Positions 36,054-45,885 of a DNA stretch of 64,000 nt are shown here, piece by piece. The DNA is from a virus, in the IMG/VR virus record IMGVR_UViG_3300021519_000916, positions 64,001-128,000 of that record; one strand, written 5' to 3'. Each line of letters starts with the position of its first letter. The first letter of the stretch is position 1. The translations under genes were made by a program, and so were the position numbers. The notes below the pieces were generated by a model. It searched no databases, had not been told where the DNA came from, and saw only the letters and a program-made list of their open reading frames with translations.

Positions 36054-36924
36054 GCAAGGAACCCAGAAGGGTGATCGTACCGGTGTAGGTACTATTAGCC
36101 TGTTTGGTATGCAACAACGATATAACCTTGCAGAATCATTCCCCGCAGTAACAACTAAAAAATTAGCCTGGAAATCATGTGTAGGTGAACTACTATGGAT
36201 GATTGAAGGTAGTGGTGACGAACGTAGACTTGCGGAAATCACACATGGTACTAGAGATGGTGTAGTAACTATCTGGACGCCCAATGCTCTCGCACATTAC
36301 TGGAAACCCAAGGCACAGTTTGAAGGTGACCTAGGTCGTGTGTACGGAGTACAGTGGAGACACTGGCGCAGTTCACAACATGTTAAAACTGGTAGTATTA
36401 AAAACGACTGCGGAAGTTACTTTAGTGTGCAAGGCGGTATTCAAGAAGTTGAAATAGATCAACTTAAACAATTAATAACCGATATTATTAGAGACCCACA
36501 CGGACGACGACATATACTATCAGCATGGAACCCCGGCGAATTAGAAGCCATGGCCCTGCCACCGTGTCATGTTTTAGCACAGTTTTACGTAGCAGACGGC
36601 AAGTTATCTTGCCAAATGTATCAGCGTTCCTGCGACATGTTCTTAGGCGTGCCTTTCAACATAGCATCCTATTCCTTACTCACACATATGATTGCTCAAG
36701 TGTGCGGTCTTGAAGTAGGAGAGTTCGTTCACGTGCTCGGCGACGCACACATTTATATGACCCATATAGAGCAGGTTAAAGAACAGTTAAATCGTGAACC
36801 ATTACCTGCCCCGCAACTATGGCTTAACCCCGATATAAAAGATATTACTAAATTTACAATGGCAGATATTAAACTTGAAGGCTACACTAGCCACGGTGCC
36901 ATTAAAGCGGAAATGGCTGTATGA
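36016..36924 (+). CDS. thyA: Thymidylate synthase
   Basis: DRTGVGT, YGVQWR, ALPPCH, YQRSCD..LGVPFN, DAHIY. Confidence 0.97.
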   Translation: MNHYLAALKQVLEQGTQKGDRTGVGTISLFGMQQRYNLAESFPAVTTKKLAWKSCVGELLWMIEGSGDERRLAEITHGTRDGVVTIWTPNALAHYWKPKAQFEGDLGRVYGVQWRHWRSSQHVKTGSIKNDCGSYFSVQGGIQEVEIDQLKQLITDIIRDPHGRRHILSAWNPGELEAMALPPCHVLAQFYVADGKLSCQMYQRSCDMFLGVPFNIASYSLLTHMIAQVCGLEVGEFVHVLGDAHIYMTHIEQVKEQLNREPLPAPQLWLNPDIKDITKFTMADIKLEGYTSHGAIKAEMAV

Positions 36925-37901
36925 AATTTTTAGTAACTGGTGGTGCTGGATTTATTGGGCACAATGTAGTACGGCAATTAGAACAAGCAGGACATGAATG
37001 CTGTGTACTTGATTGTGTAACAGACTATGGGTTTGTACCACAAGACGAATTAGCGTATCTATATCGTGAACGTGTAAAGCGTATCCAGGCACACATATAC
37101 CATGTGGATTTGCGAAATGCAAGTGGTGTTGCAAACTGGTTTGCTCACTACAGCCAAGGTGCCGATGCTGTTATACATCTAGCAAGTTTCCCAAGGCAAA
37201 AAGTAGTCAGTGCTAACCCGGTGTGGGGTGCAGAGGTTATGGGAACTGGACTTGTTAACCTATTAGAGTTAACTAAGCAATACAATATTCCAAAGTTTGT
37301 TTACATTAGTAGTTCAATGGTGTACGGCAACTTCGATGATGATGTAAAAGAAGATTACAATTGTAAACCGCAGGGCCAATATGGCATTATGAAGCTAATG
37401 GGAGAAAATCTTGTTAAAGACTATACTCGTCGGAATGTGTTTGATCATGTTATTATCCGCCCTAGTGCTGTATACGGAGAGTACGACGTCGAAGACCGAG
37501 TTGTGTCTAAATTTGTACTCTCCGCAATGCGAGGAGAGACACTTAAAGTTAATGGAGCAAATGAAACTCTTGATTTTACGTATGTCGAAGACGCCGCCGC
37601 AGGTATTGTTGCCGCAACATTAAGTAATAACGCAATCAATAATACGTACAACATTACCAAGAGTCATAGTACATCACTACTACAGGCCGCTAAACTTGCA
37701 ATTAAAATTGCTGGTAGTGGTAAGGTACATGTGGGATTCAAAGATGCAGATTTCCCAAGTCGTGGCGCATTAAACATTGATGCCGCACGTAAAGATTTTA
37801 ACTTTAATCCAAAAGTAGATGTTGAAGAAGGTTTCCAAAAATATGCCAACTGGTTCAGTGATAGCGTTTACTGGTCTACCAAGACAGTACCAAACGCTTA
37901 A
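36921..37901 (+). CDS. NAD-dependent NDP-sugar epimerase/dehydratase
   Basis: TGGAGFIG, ISSSMVYG, YGIMK, DFTYVED. Confidence 0.9.
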   Translation: MKFLVTGGAGFIGHNVVRQLEQAGHECCVLDCVTDYGFVPQDELAYLYRERVKRIQAHIYHVDLRNASGVANWFAHYSQGADAVIHLASFPRQKVVSANPVWGAEVMGTGLVNLLELTKQYNIPKFVYISSSMVYGNFDDDVKEDYNCKPQGQYGIMKLMGENLVKDYTRRNVFDHVIIRPSAVYGEYDVEDRVVSKFVLSAMRGETLKVNGANETLDFTYVEDAAAGIVAATLSNNAINNTYNITKSHSTSLLQAAKLAIKIAGSGKVHVGFKDADFPSRGALNIDAARKDFNFNPKVDVEEGFQKYANWFSDSVYWSTKTVPNA

Positions 37902-38967
37902 ACACGAATTACTAGAAGCCACTGATAAAGTATTATCAAGTGGGCAGGTTCTTGACGGCCCGTATACAATGGCATTTGAACAGGAAATTGCCAATAGGTG
38001 TGATAGAGCCTATGCCATTTCTGTTAATAGTTGCACACAGGCATTAATATTTGCCCAGGGTGTATTGGGCATTGGCGATAGTAAAGTTCTTATTCCAACA
38101 CAAACATTTATTGCCACATTGAATAGTGTAGTGTTAGCAGGCAACGAGCCTGTATTCTGCGATGTAGATGATAATGCATTATTAGATATTGATTCATGTG
38201 ATGTGGCTCTTGCTGGCGCTGGTGTAGAGGCAGTGATGTATGTAAATTTGTTTGGTAACATACTTGATTACGATAAACTAAAGTTAGCCTGTAAATTCTT
38301 TAACCCCAACAATGACATTGCTATTATTGAAGATGCGGCTCAAAGTTTTGGAGCATCATACAAAGGCAGACCGTCCGGTAGTCTAGGTGACATTAGTGTT
38401 TTAAGTTTTGACCCCACAAAGAATTTACCTAACTATGGATCAGGTGGTATGATACTAACAGATGATCCGGATATAGCACAACGATGCCGCGATCTCAAAG
38501 ACAATGGTAAATTCCTTGGTAATATAATTGCTGGCACTAACAGTAAAATGAGCGAAGTAGATTGTGGTCACATGCTAGTTAAATTAAATTATTTCGACGC
38601 ATGGCAAGCACGGCGTACTAAAATTGCAGATTTTTATACAGAGCATCTAAGTGCGTATGTAGATCCCATGCTACCAAACGATAATGTTATTCATGCCTGG
38701 CACAAATATGTTATACGTGTACACAGTCGACATAATTTAGAAACGTACCTGAGTAAACACGGTATTGAGACCAAAGTACACTACGAAAAAGCACTACACG
38801 AATATGATTTAGCCTATGATTATAACAATAATTATAACTACGAAGCTTTTAGAAGTGCTGTTGCACATAGCAAAGAAGCACTGAGTTTACCGATATACCC
38901 AGAGATGACTGATGCCGAAGTCGAAACAGTAGCAGAAACTATTGTTGAATATTATGCAGGCGAGTAA
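37843..38967 (+). CDS. DegT/DnrJ/EryC1/StrS sugar aminotransferase
   Basis: IEDAAQSFG, SFDPTKNL..YG.GG, LSLPIYP. Confidence 0.92.
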   Translation: MPTGSVIAFTGLPRQYQTLKHELLEATDKVLSSGQVLDGPYTMAFEQEIANRCDRAYAISVNSCTQALIFAQGVLGIGDSKVLIPTQTFIATLNSVVLAGNEPVFCDVDDNALLDIDSCDVALAGAGVEAVMYVNLFGNILDYDKLKLACKFFNPNNDIAIIEDAAQSFGASYKGRPSGSLGDISVLSFDPTKNLPNYGSGGMILTDDPDIAQRCRDLKDNGKFLGNIIAGTNSKMSEVDCGHMLVKLNYFDAWQARRTKIADFYTEHLSAYVDPMLPNDNVIHAWHKYVIRVHSRHNLETYLSKHGIETKVHYEKALHEYDLAYDYNNNYNYEAFRSAVAHSKEALSLPIYPEMTDAEVETVAETIVEYYAGE

Positions 38968-40780
38968 ATCGTGTATTGAGCCAATCCCACTCGAAGCTTA
39001 GTTTTAACTTTTCGTAGTCTCCCCCAACTTCATTGTAGTAATCCACAGCATCGTTTGCACCTTGCAAACAATATTCAGCATACATACCTTGTGCAACTGT
39101 ACACCAAACACGTAGACGTTCTTCTGTTTCTAATGTAGGCTCTGTGGCCATTGAGTATTTTAGCTTGACTACTTCACGGAAAGCAGTACGCCAAGTCATC
39201 CACGCACTTTGATTAAAATGTGCTGTTCCGCTTAGAATAGGAACTACTTCGTGTGCTTGACTAAGAGTGAAGTCAATGCCGGGTGTATTGTTTTCTAACA
39301 CCAATCTTTTGTTGTAGGCAATCATACCTTGATGTCCGTATTCCAACCCATTTACAGGATTACGGCTATTAAAGATATAATGTTTTGGTTCTTGGAAGTA
39401 ATCCGGTGACCAAGTAAACCACGGAAAGTCACTGCCCAGAACTTCTAGTTTAGCAAACACCGCAAAGAACCAAGGTGTTGTGCTCTGTCGTGCGGCTTCT
39501 TGATATGCGGCAACTCGTCCATTTACCCCACGTACCCATTTTGCACTAGTATTGCTCATATAACACAAATGTTCGTACCACTTTTCTTCATCAGGTTCGC
39601 CATTGGATATATAGACTATGTCTAGGCAATCACGGCCTCCTAAGTTGTCGTTTAACAGTAGATTCGTCTCCTCAACGTAAGGATAATCGTAGATTTGCGA
39701 CACTAAATCTTCCTTGATATCTCGAGGTACTAGTGCGGTCGCACCTGCTACACTTGCACGTATTACAGTACGATCTTTTTTAGTCCATAAGCAAGGACAA
39801 TCAGCAAACATCAAATCCGGTAACGTTGTAAACATTACGTAAGGAGTTTTAAATTCATGGTTCTTAATTTCGGTTACTAGATCATCGGTGTCGTAAACAT
39901 GGACCGGCGTATCAAACCTGGACAGCACTTGATCATCACAATAATTAATTACATTAAACCAATCTAGTAACTCTAAGTCTACCATTTGTTGAGCAAAACT
40001 AGGAACGTGTATGTAGAACGTATCTCCACGTTTTTGATTACCACTTGGAAAACAATGGATCATTTCTTTTTGAGCTTCACTTGGATGCCAAGTAAAGTCA
40101 AATTGCGTATAGTCACATACGCTACTGATAATCCACACGTATTCTGTTGTGGCCAAATTCATAATGCGCTTGAATACATTAAGATGGTTGTCTACGTAGC
40201 GGGTACTCTTTATAGTAGGATGGTCACATTTCAACACATCAAATTGATGACGATTGATTGTGGTATTCATAAAGTCCATGTAAAAGATTTGCGTGGAGCC
40301 AGCTTTGATCTTTTGATTTGTCATGTACTTTACACCTGCTGTGCCCGGGTATACTGGACCGCCTTCACGTTGCCACTGAGTGGGAAAACGATATTCGTAT
40401 TCAGGTTCAGTTCGATCTGGGTGCCAACTATAATCAAACTCACTATCATCTATATTGTCGGGTACTGCCCATTTATCTCTATTTGGTAATCTTATAACTT
40501 TTTGTTCTGTACAGAAATTCCATTCACGATTTTTTACAGTATCTTTATTTGCAAAATATACTTCTCCGTTACGTTGCCATTGGCTGGCAAATACGTGTAC
40601 GTAGTTATCTTCCCACGGAGGATTAAGCCAATCAAAATCAAATCCGGTGTAGTCATTGCCCCCATAAATATACCAGTAGCGGCCAGTACGGCACAACTCT
40701 GCTGCGTGTTCTAAACTATCAGCAGGTCTTTCAAATTCAAATAAGTTTGGCTTTGGGCCAAAGTAAAAAACATCAAACAT
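38939..40780 (-). CDS. Multi-repeat protein with degenerate GT-A-like modules
   Basis: Repeated FD(F/Y)xW(H)P units; C-terminal domain homologous to 55983..56888 but lacking DxD. Confidence 0.7.
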   Translation of the reverse strand: MFDVFYFGPKPNLFEFERPADSLEHAAELCRTGRYWYIYGGNDYTGFDFDWLNPPWEDNYVHVFASQWQRNGEVYFANKDTVKNREWNFCTEQKVIRLPNRDKWAVPDNIDDSEFDYSWHPDRTEPEYEYRFPTQWQREGGPVYPGTAGVKYMTNQKIKAGSTQIFYMDFMNTTINRHQFDVLKCDHPTIKSTRYVDNHLNVFKRIMNLATTEYVWIISSVCDYTQFDFTWHPSEAQKEMIHCFPSGNQKRGDTFYIHVPSFAQQMVDLELLDWFNVINYCDDQVLSRFDTPVHVYDTDDLVTEIKNHEFKTPYVMFTTLPDLMFADCPCLWTKKDRTVIRASVAGATALVPRDIKEDLVSQIYDYPYVEETNLLLNDNLGGRDCLDIVYISNGEPDEEKWYEHLCYMSNTSAKWVRGVNGRVAAYQEAARQSTTPWFFAVFAKLEVLGSDFPWFTWSPDYFQEPKHYIFNSRNPVNGLEYGHQGMIAYNKRLVLENNTPGIDFTLSQAHEVVPILSGTAHFNQSAWMTWRTAFREVVKLKYSMATEPTLETEERLRVWCTVAQGMYAEYCLQGANDAVDYYNEVGGDYEKLKLSFEWDWLNTRFTRLHNIQQ

Positions 40781-41948
40781 GTATAATATCGCTCAGCATT
40801 ATGAAAACATTTATCAATACTTAAAAACTATTATAACAGATCCACGGGTTGCATATCTACATCCTTTTGGGTCAACTCAACCAGAAAACTTAGAAATCAT
40901 TCGCGATGATGATAGCGGGTATAAACGTAAAGATCCATTGTTTATTTTTTATGATCAGGAACCATTAAATTTTGTATATAATAAACCATTATTTGATTAC
41001 ATAAAGCAAAACACAATGGGTCCTTATATACTAGTTAGCACAGAAAAACATAGTGCCGAAAAAGAACGTATATGCCAAGAATATAATTTTGCCAACTTGG
41101 ATTATTTCTTTCATATCTTTGCTGCCACTGATTGGTACCGAGGACACCAGTACATTCCAAATATAGTTCTACCATCTAAACGAAAAATACAAAAAACATA
41201 TATCACATTTAACAGGCTTACTAGCGGTGAACGTATATATCGTAGTTTGTTTATTAACGAGTTATATAAAAGCGATCTATTAGAATCTGGATACATTAGT
41301 TATAGTAAAGAATGCCCTGATGGCGGAAACTTTGCAGACAACTTGCGTATGGGTGTAACCAATCAAAAATTAAATCCAACAATAGTAGAAGAAGCAATTA
41401 CCAATATCAGTAACATTAATTCTTTAAGAATTGATTTTGCCAAGGATGAATATATCCCAAATCAAAGCATGGTGTTAAGCCCTATTAAAGAGCTAATGGA
41501 AAGTTTTGTTTTTGTAGTAACCGAAACATGTTACTGGCAAGACAAAACACATTTAACTGAAAAAATATTTAAACCAATAGTGTTACGTATGCCTTTTATA
41601 TTAGTTGGGTGTGTTAACAATCTGGCATACTTAAGAGACTACGGCTTTAAAACATTTAACGAATACTGGGACGAAAGTTACGACACAATAGCTGACCCTA
41701 TACTACGGTTGCAGGCCATAACTAAAATTATAAAATCATTGAGCGAACTTAGTAGTGATCAGTTACAGTATATGCTAAACAAAATGAGTCCAATACTAGA
41801 ACATAACTACAAATTATTTAATAGTCCAGACTTTGTTAAAAACGAATGGGACCACTTAACTAACTCATTAACTGCTATTTCAAAGCTGTATAAGTTTGAA
41901 CCACCGTATTCATTGAATCCTAGACTAGGGCAAGCGATTCCATGCTGA
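40779..41948 (+). CDS. Glycosyltransferase-like protein (GT10-like C-terminus)
   Basis: VVTET...TEKIFKPI...PF, GFKTF...DESYD; paralogue of 48221..49174. Confidence 0.6.
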   Translation: MYNIAQHYENIYQYLKTIITDPRVAYLHPFGSTQPENLEIIRDDDSGYKRKDPLFIFYDQEPLNFVYNKPLFDYIKQNTMGPYILVSTEKHSAEKERICQEYNFANLDYFFHIFAATDWYRGHQYIPNIVLPSKRKIQKTYITFNRLTSGERIYRSLFINELYKSDLLESGYISYSKECPDGGNFADNLRMGVTNQKLNPTIVEEAITNISNINSLRIDFAKDEYIPNQSMVLSPIKELMESFVFVVTETCYWQDKTHLTEKIFKPIVLRMPFILVGCVNNLAYLRDYGFKTFNEYWDESYDTIADPILRLQAITKIIKSLSELSSDQLQYMLNKMSPILEHNYKLFNSPDFVKNEWDHLTNSLTAISKLYKFEPPYSLNPRLGQAIPC

Positions 41949-42116
41949 TTCGTGTATGTAGTACAAGATAGTATTGGCAATTATCTGTGCAATAGCAATG
42001 CTGGTAGCAATAAAAAATTGCCCAGTGACCAAGTAACTTATTAAGAATGTACTAGTTGACCCAACTAAGCGCCAGGTCAACGTTTTCCATAATGTGCGAT
42101 ACTTACTCAATTCCAA
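41925..42116 (-). CDS. DUF2061-like small membrane protein
   Basis: KTLTWR...YYIHE..W; adjacent to APS kinase. Confidence 0.75.
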   Translation of the reverse strand: MELSKYRTLWKTLTWRLVGSTSTFLISYLVTGQFFIATSIAIAQIIANTILYYIHESAWNRLP

Positions 42117-42894
42117 GACTTTTTCTAATCTTTGTAGCTGAAATGTCAGTTATCTTTTCATCAAACGTTTCTTCCCCGCTAGTATAACCGACCCCGCGAC
42201 CCCATCCAATGTGTACAATGTTTGGTACTATTTGTATTTCGTACAATCCTTGATATAACGGATCTAGATCTTGCTTAATAAAACTCTTAACTTTAGTTAC
42301 CTCAAACGGATTGCTACCTTGCCATCCCTGTACATCACGTACTTGAATAATAACTTGACCAGTTCGTTGTAATAGGCGCTCAAACAATGCACGATGTCCA
42401 TCGTGCCACGGTTGCCAACGGCCCAACATCTGTACTGTTTCTTTTTTCCAATCAAACACAGGCCGGCGGCGATTGTCTACAATATGCTCAGAAATAAAGT
42501 CTGCCCACTTCTCTGCATTTTGTTCGTTAATGCGGAAGTCATATAACTCGGGCTCAACAAACATTGCATTTGTATCCGCATAACGGCCTTCGCGTATTGT
42601 ATCTACCCAAATAGTCCAGTCTGCTTTAAAGTTGTTACGCATTTCAACCAATGGCGCAACAAAGTCACATAATGCGTAGTCTGTTCCGCAAGTCTCTGCT
42701 AAGTCATACATACGTTTACTTTGGCGAATACGGCCTGCTTCGCTGAAGTCCCAATCGTTAAACTGTTTACGAACTTCATCGGCATTAAACCATGTTATAG
42801 TTTTGCCTGTTGTTTCAATTAACTTCTTTAATTCTGTTGCTAATGTTGTTTTACCTGCGCCGGGTAAACCCATAATTAATATACGTTGTGTCAT
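42103..42894 (-). CDS. cysC: Adenylyl-sulfate kinase-like domain fused to an HxGH nucleotidyltransferase domain
   Basis: MGLPGAGKTT, NADEVR...DFS..GR, FVAP; C-terminal GRWQPWHDGH and ISATKIR. Confidence 0.75.
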   Translation of the reverse strand: MTQRILIMGLPGAGKTTLATELKKLIETTGKTITWFNADEVRKQFNDWDFSEAGRIRQSKRMYDLAETCGTDYALCDFVAPLVEMRNNFKADWTIWVDTIREGRYADTNAMFVEPELYDFRINEQNAEKWADFISEHIVDNRRRPVFDWKKETVQMLGRWQPWHDGHRALFERLLQRTGQVIIQVRDVQGWQGSNPFEVTKVKSFIKQDLDPLYQGLYEIQIVPNIVHIGWGRGVGYTSGEETFDEKITDISATKIRKSLGIE

Positions 42895-44366
42895 GATAGT
42901 ACCTTTATATTATATTGCTGTTCGAACCGATCTGCGTCATTGCGATCATTTACCATGGGTTCGCCACGGATGTTAAGACTTGTGTTAAGTAACATGGGAC
43001 ATCCTGTTACAACAAACCATTTTTCTAATAGGGCCCGTAGACCCGATCCATCTTCGGGGACAGTTTGCACCCTACTAGTATTATCGTGATGAGCGATAGC
43101 AGGGAATAGAAGCGGATATTTACATACTCCCACGGACTGCATGTAAGGACTATCCATAAAGCCACGTGGCATATCAAAATACTCGTGAACTTGCTCGGCA
43201 AGTATCGCTGGAGCGAACGGTCTAAATTTTTGTCTTCGTTTAATTTCATTTACTTTATCCTTAATATCTTGTCCTCGCGGATCTGCTAACAAACTACGGT
43301 TGCCTAATGCTCGTGGACCAAACTCCGCCTTGCCACTTGCCACCCCGACGATCTTGTCCACAAGTAAACTGTCAAGCAAAGCATTAACTGGATAAGGACC
43401 AGGAATGTTATGCCCCAGAAAAGCATCGTCCCAAGTAAGTCGCTTGCCATAATGTAGTGCAGCCGCACCAAGGCTACTGCCTGCATCACCAGGGCAAGGC
43501 ATAATCCATATTTTATCAAAGTAGTCTCCAAGATTTTTATTGGCCAAGCAATTCAATGCTACACCGCCACTGTACACTAAATTACGGCTCCATCCAAAAT
43601 TCTTTGCACGGTACATTATGTTATATATTAAATTCTCGCATAACTTTTGTGCAGATGTTGCGATATCCATTAAGTTTGCATTATCTAAATATGGCGCATC
43701 TGCACCTATATGTAAATTTTGTCTAAAGGTAATATCTCCTTCGTGCTCAATAAGGTTATCTTTCATCTGCGTTGTATACTTAGGCTTGCCATACGCAGAC
43801 ATGCCCATTAATATGTATTCATCTTCGTTGGGGTTTAATCCTACTCGCTGTGTCATTGCGCTATAAAACAATCCAATACTATGCGGATACGTTTGACGCC
43901 ACAGTCTGTGATATTGTGCTATGCCATCTACATACTGAGCACCCCATATACTAATCGTGTCCCATTCGCCAATGGCATCAATAACAACCACAGTGGCTTT
44001 ATCAAATGTGCTAGTTTGGAACCCGCCTGCCGCATGACTTAAATGATGGTTAAACGTATATACACGATCTGGAACAATTTGTCCACCCAGTTGTTTTTTT
44101 AATATTTGCTGTACAGTAAATTTGTTCCATTCTATGCCTTCTCCGCTATACAGTCTACGTAATTGCTTGGCCCACGGACGTTCATAATATGCAACCACGT
44201 CCGGCCCATAGATAGAGATATCATCAAGCAATCCCTGGCAGAAGTTGGGGTCGTTCTTAATTTTGCTGTAGCGTTCGCTATGTCCAGCAAATAAGATTTT
44301 ACCCGAAGTGTTTATTACTGTTGCAGCGGCGTCATGGAAGCCGGCTGATATTCCTAATATGTTCAT
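42891..44366 (-). CDS. Carbamoyltransferase (NodU/CmcH/TobZ family)
   Basis: HDAAA, HHLSHAA, GGVALNC, EFGPRALGNRS, RPFAP, LNTSLN..GEP. Confidence 0.95.
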   Translation of the reverse strand: MNILGISAGFHDAAATVINTSGKILFAGHSERYSKIKNDPNFCQGLLDDISIYGPDVVAYYERPWAKQLRRLYSGEGIEWNKFTVQQILKKQLGGQIVPDRVYTFNHHLSHAAGGFQTSTFDKATVVVIDAIGEWDTISIWGAQYVDGIAQYHRLWRQTYPHSIGLFYSAMTQRVGLNPNEDEYILMGMSAYGKPKYTTQMKDNLIEHEGDITFRQNLHIGADAPYLDNANLMDIATSAQKLCENLIYNIMYRAKNFGWSRNLVYSGGVALNCLANKNLGDYFDKIWIMPCPGDAGSSLGAAALHYGKRLTWDDAFLGHNIPGPYPVNALLDSLLVDKIVGVASGKAEFGPRALGNRSLLADPRGQDIKDKVNEIKRRQKFRPFAPAILAEQVHEYFDMPRGFMDSPYMQSVGVCKYPLLFPAIAHHDNTSRVQTVPEDGSGLRALLEKWFVVTGCPMLLNTSLNIRGEPMVNDRNDADRFEQQYNIKVLS

Positions 44367-45003
44367 TGATGTTTTCTGCTATTCGTTGATGTCCAAGTTC
44401 CAATGGATGGCCGCCTGGCCCTTTTGGGCAACTACCGGCTATCTCTGCCATTCCATAATTATCCCACCCTGGGAAATTATTCTTATCGATTTCATTTGCT
44501 AGATAACCTAGTCCTTTTAAACTAGAACTTCTATAGTATTCGTTATTAACAATATTCAACATTACATAAGGAATATTGTTTGCCTTTAAATATGACTGTA
44601 GCGAAATTACATTTACTAAGTATTGTTGATACAAATACTCTGAGTTATGATATTTGTTTATATAAGTAAGCCAATCATTTCTCCAAGGATGGTCATGAAA
44701 GAATTTTGATTTCCCCGAATACCCGGGCCAAAGATCGTATTCGACACCAATGTCATCTTTCCATTCTACCCGGCCTGCGCTGGTCCACCCTACTACAACT
44801 AAATCATATTTTTCGTTTGCTATCCCTGACAGTTCAACTATAGTGCGTCTAAGTATACTTGTATTACTACATCCAGATTGCCCTAAATTAACAACATCGT
44901 AGTTGATTAAATTAGCTAGTTTGTAGGGCCAAGCGTTGTGTATATCAGATAACTCGTCCCCGTAGGTAAAACTATCGCCTACAGCCAATAATCTTTTTTT
45001 CAT
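44332..45003 (-). CDS. SGNH/GDSL-like protein
   Basis: VGDSFTYG, NLG..G.SN, GHP...GH. Confidence 0.75.
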   Translation of the reverse strand: MKKRLLAVGDSFTYGDELSDIHNAWPYKLANLINYDVVNLGQSGCSNTSILRRTIVELSGIANEKYDLVVVGWTSAGRVEWKDDIGVEYDLWPGYSGKSKFFHDHPWRNDWLTYINKYHNSEYLYQQYLVNVISLQSYLKANNIPYVMLNIVNNEYYRSSSLKGLGYLANEIDKNNFPGWDNYGMAEIAGSCPKGPGGHPLELGHQRIAENINEHIRNISRLP

Positions 45004-45101
45004 TTGTAAATAAACGGATCTCTTTTACGTAGCTCTTTGAGCTTTTTGCGATAACGAATTTCCAGTACAATTCTATTGTACCAATTTTTCAACCATTTCA
45101 T
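45000..45101 (-). CDS. 33-aa basic peptide ending DPFIYK (not in track)
   Basis: MKWLKNWYNRIVLEIRYRKKLKELRKRDPFIYK*; its stop overlaps the next ATG. Confidence 0.65.
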   Translation of the reverse strand: MKWLKNWYNRIVLEIRYRKKLKELRKRDPFIYK

Positions 45102-45885
45102 TGAATTGTCCTTGAATTAATTTTGCGGCGTCTTGGTGGGCTTCTTCTAGCGGATGCGTAGTACCCATACTATACTTATTCTCTACTGCCCACTGGTAAA
45201 AACCTCTTGGCCCAATAGTTTCCCAATTCTGTGTTCCGCTTGGGAATTTATATATTGTATCTAATTGTATTTGATTATGCAGACTTCGTATGTTGATGTC
45301 TGGGGTTCTTAGTATACTATTGTAAAATATTATGCTATCCGAAAAAGAAAACAAAAATGGTATTTTATTTGCAATTAAGTAATTTTGTAGATAAACAATT
45401 TGCTTCAACGTATTGTAAGTTTCCCAATATTCTGTTCCGCCCACCTTTTTAAAATACTCTGTGGCAAATGCTGTTACCCCAGAATCTTTTGCTCTATTAA
45501 TATGGTCGCGTTGTTGTTGTAAAATATCTGGATTATCGCTATGAAATTCTTTTTGTATTTCGTTAACATCTGCCACGTGCCATGCACCAATTGTATACCA
45601 CGGACTACGTTGTCCTGTGGGGAAATCAAAATAGAATTCATATCTGTTTGGAAAAGTCCATTGCACCACAACTGCATGTTTTATACCTTTTGATGTTTCG
45701 CAAGCATTAATGGTATTACGGGCTATTGCTTCGTTGCCTGCACCAGCAACAGCAACATTTAAACATTCCATGTCTCGAGATTTTGCTAACAAGCACGGCC
45801 AAGTTGATGTGCTGGCTGTTATCCCGTTAGGGCAATCTTTTAATTCATTTCCAAATATAAAGCTATCACCGGCTGCTATAATCAT
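45073..45885 (-). CDS. SGNH/GDSL-like protein
   Basis: AGDSFIFG, GAGN..I, VQWT, HPLEEAH. Confidence 0.75.
   Translation of the reverse strand: MIIAAGDSFIFGNELKDCPNGITASTSTWPCLLAKSRDMECLNVAVAGAGNEAIARNTINACETSKGIKHAVVVQWTFPNRYEFYFDFPTGQRSPWYTIGAWHVADVNEIQKEFHSDNPDILQQQRDHINRAKDSGVTAFATEYFKKVGGTEYWETYNTLKQIVYLQNYLIANKIPFLFSFSDSIIFYNSILRTPDINIRSLHNQIQLDTIYKFPSGTQNWETIGPRGFYQWAVENKYSMGTTHPLEEAHQDAAKLIQGQFNEMVEKLVQ

Noticed and set aside
36016-36924. Possible intron or intein in thyA, or a modified-pyrimidine synthase
   Set aside because: The ORF is continuous with only a short loop insertion, and the canonical dUMP-specific PFN motif is intact.
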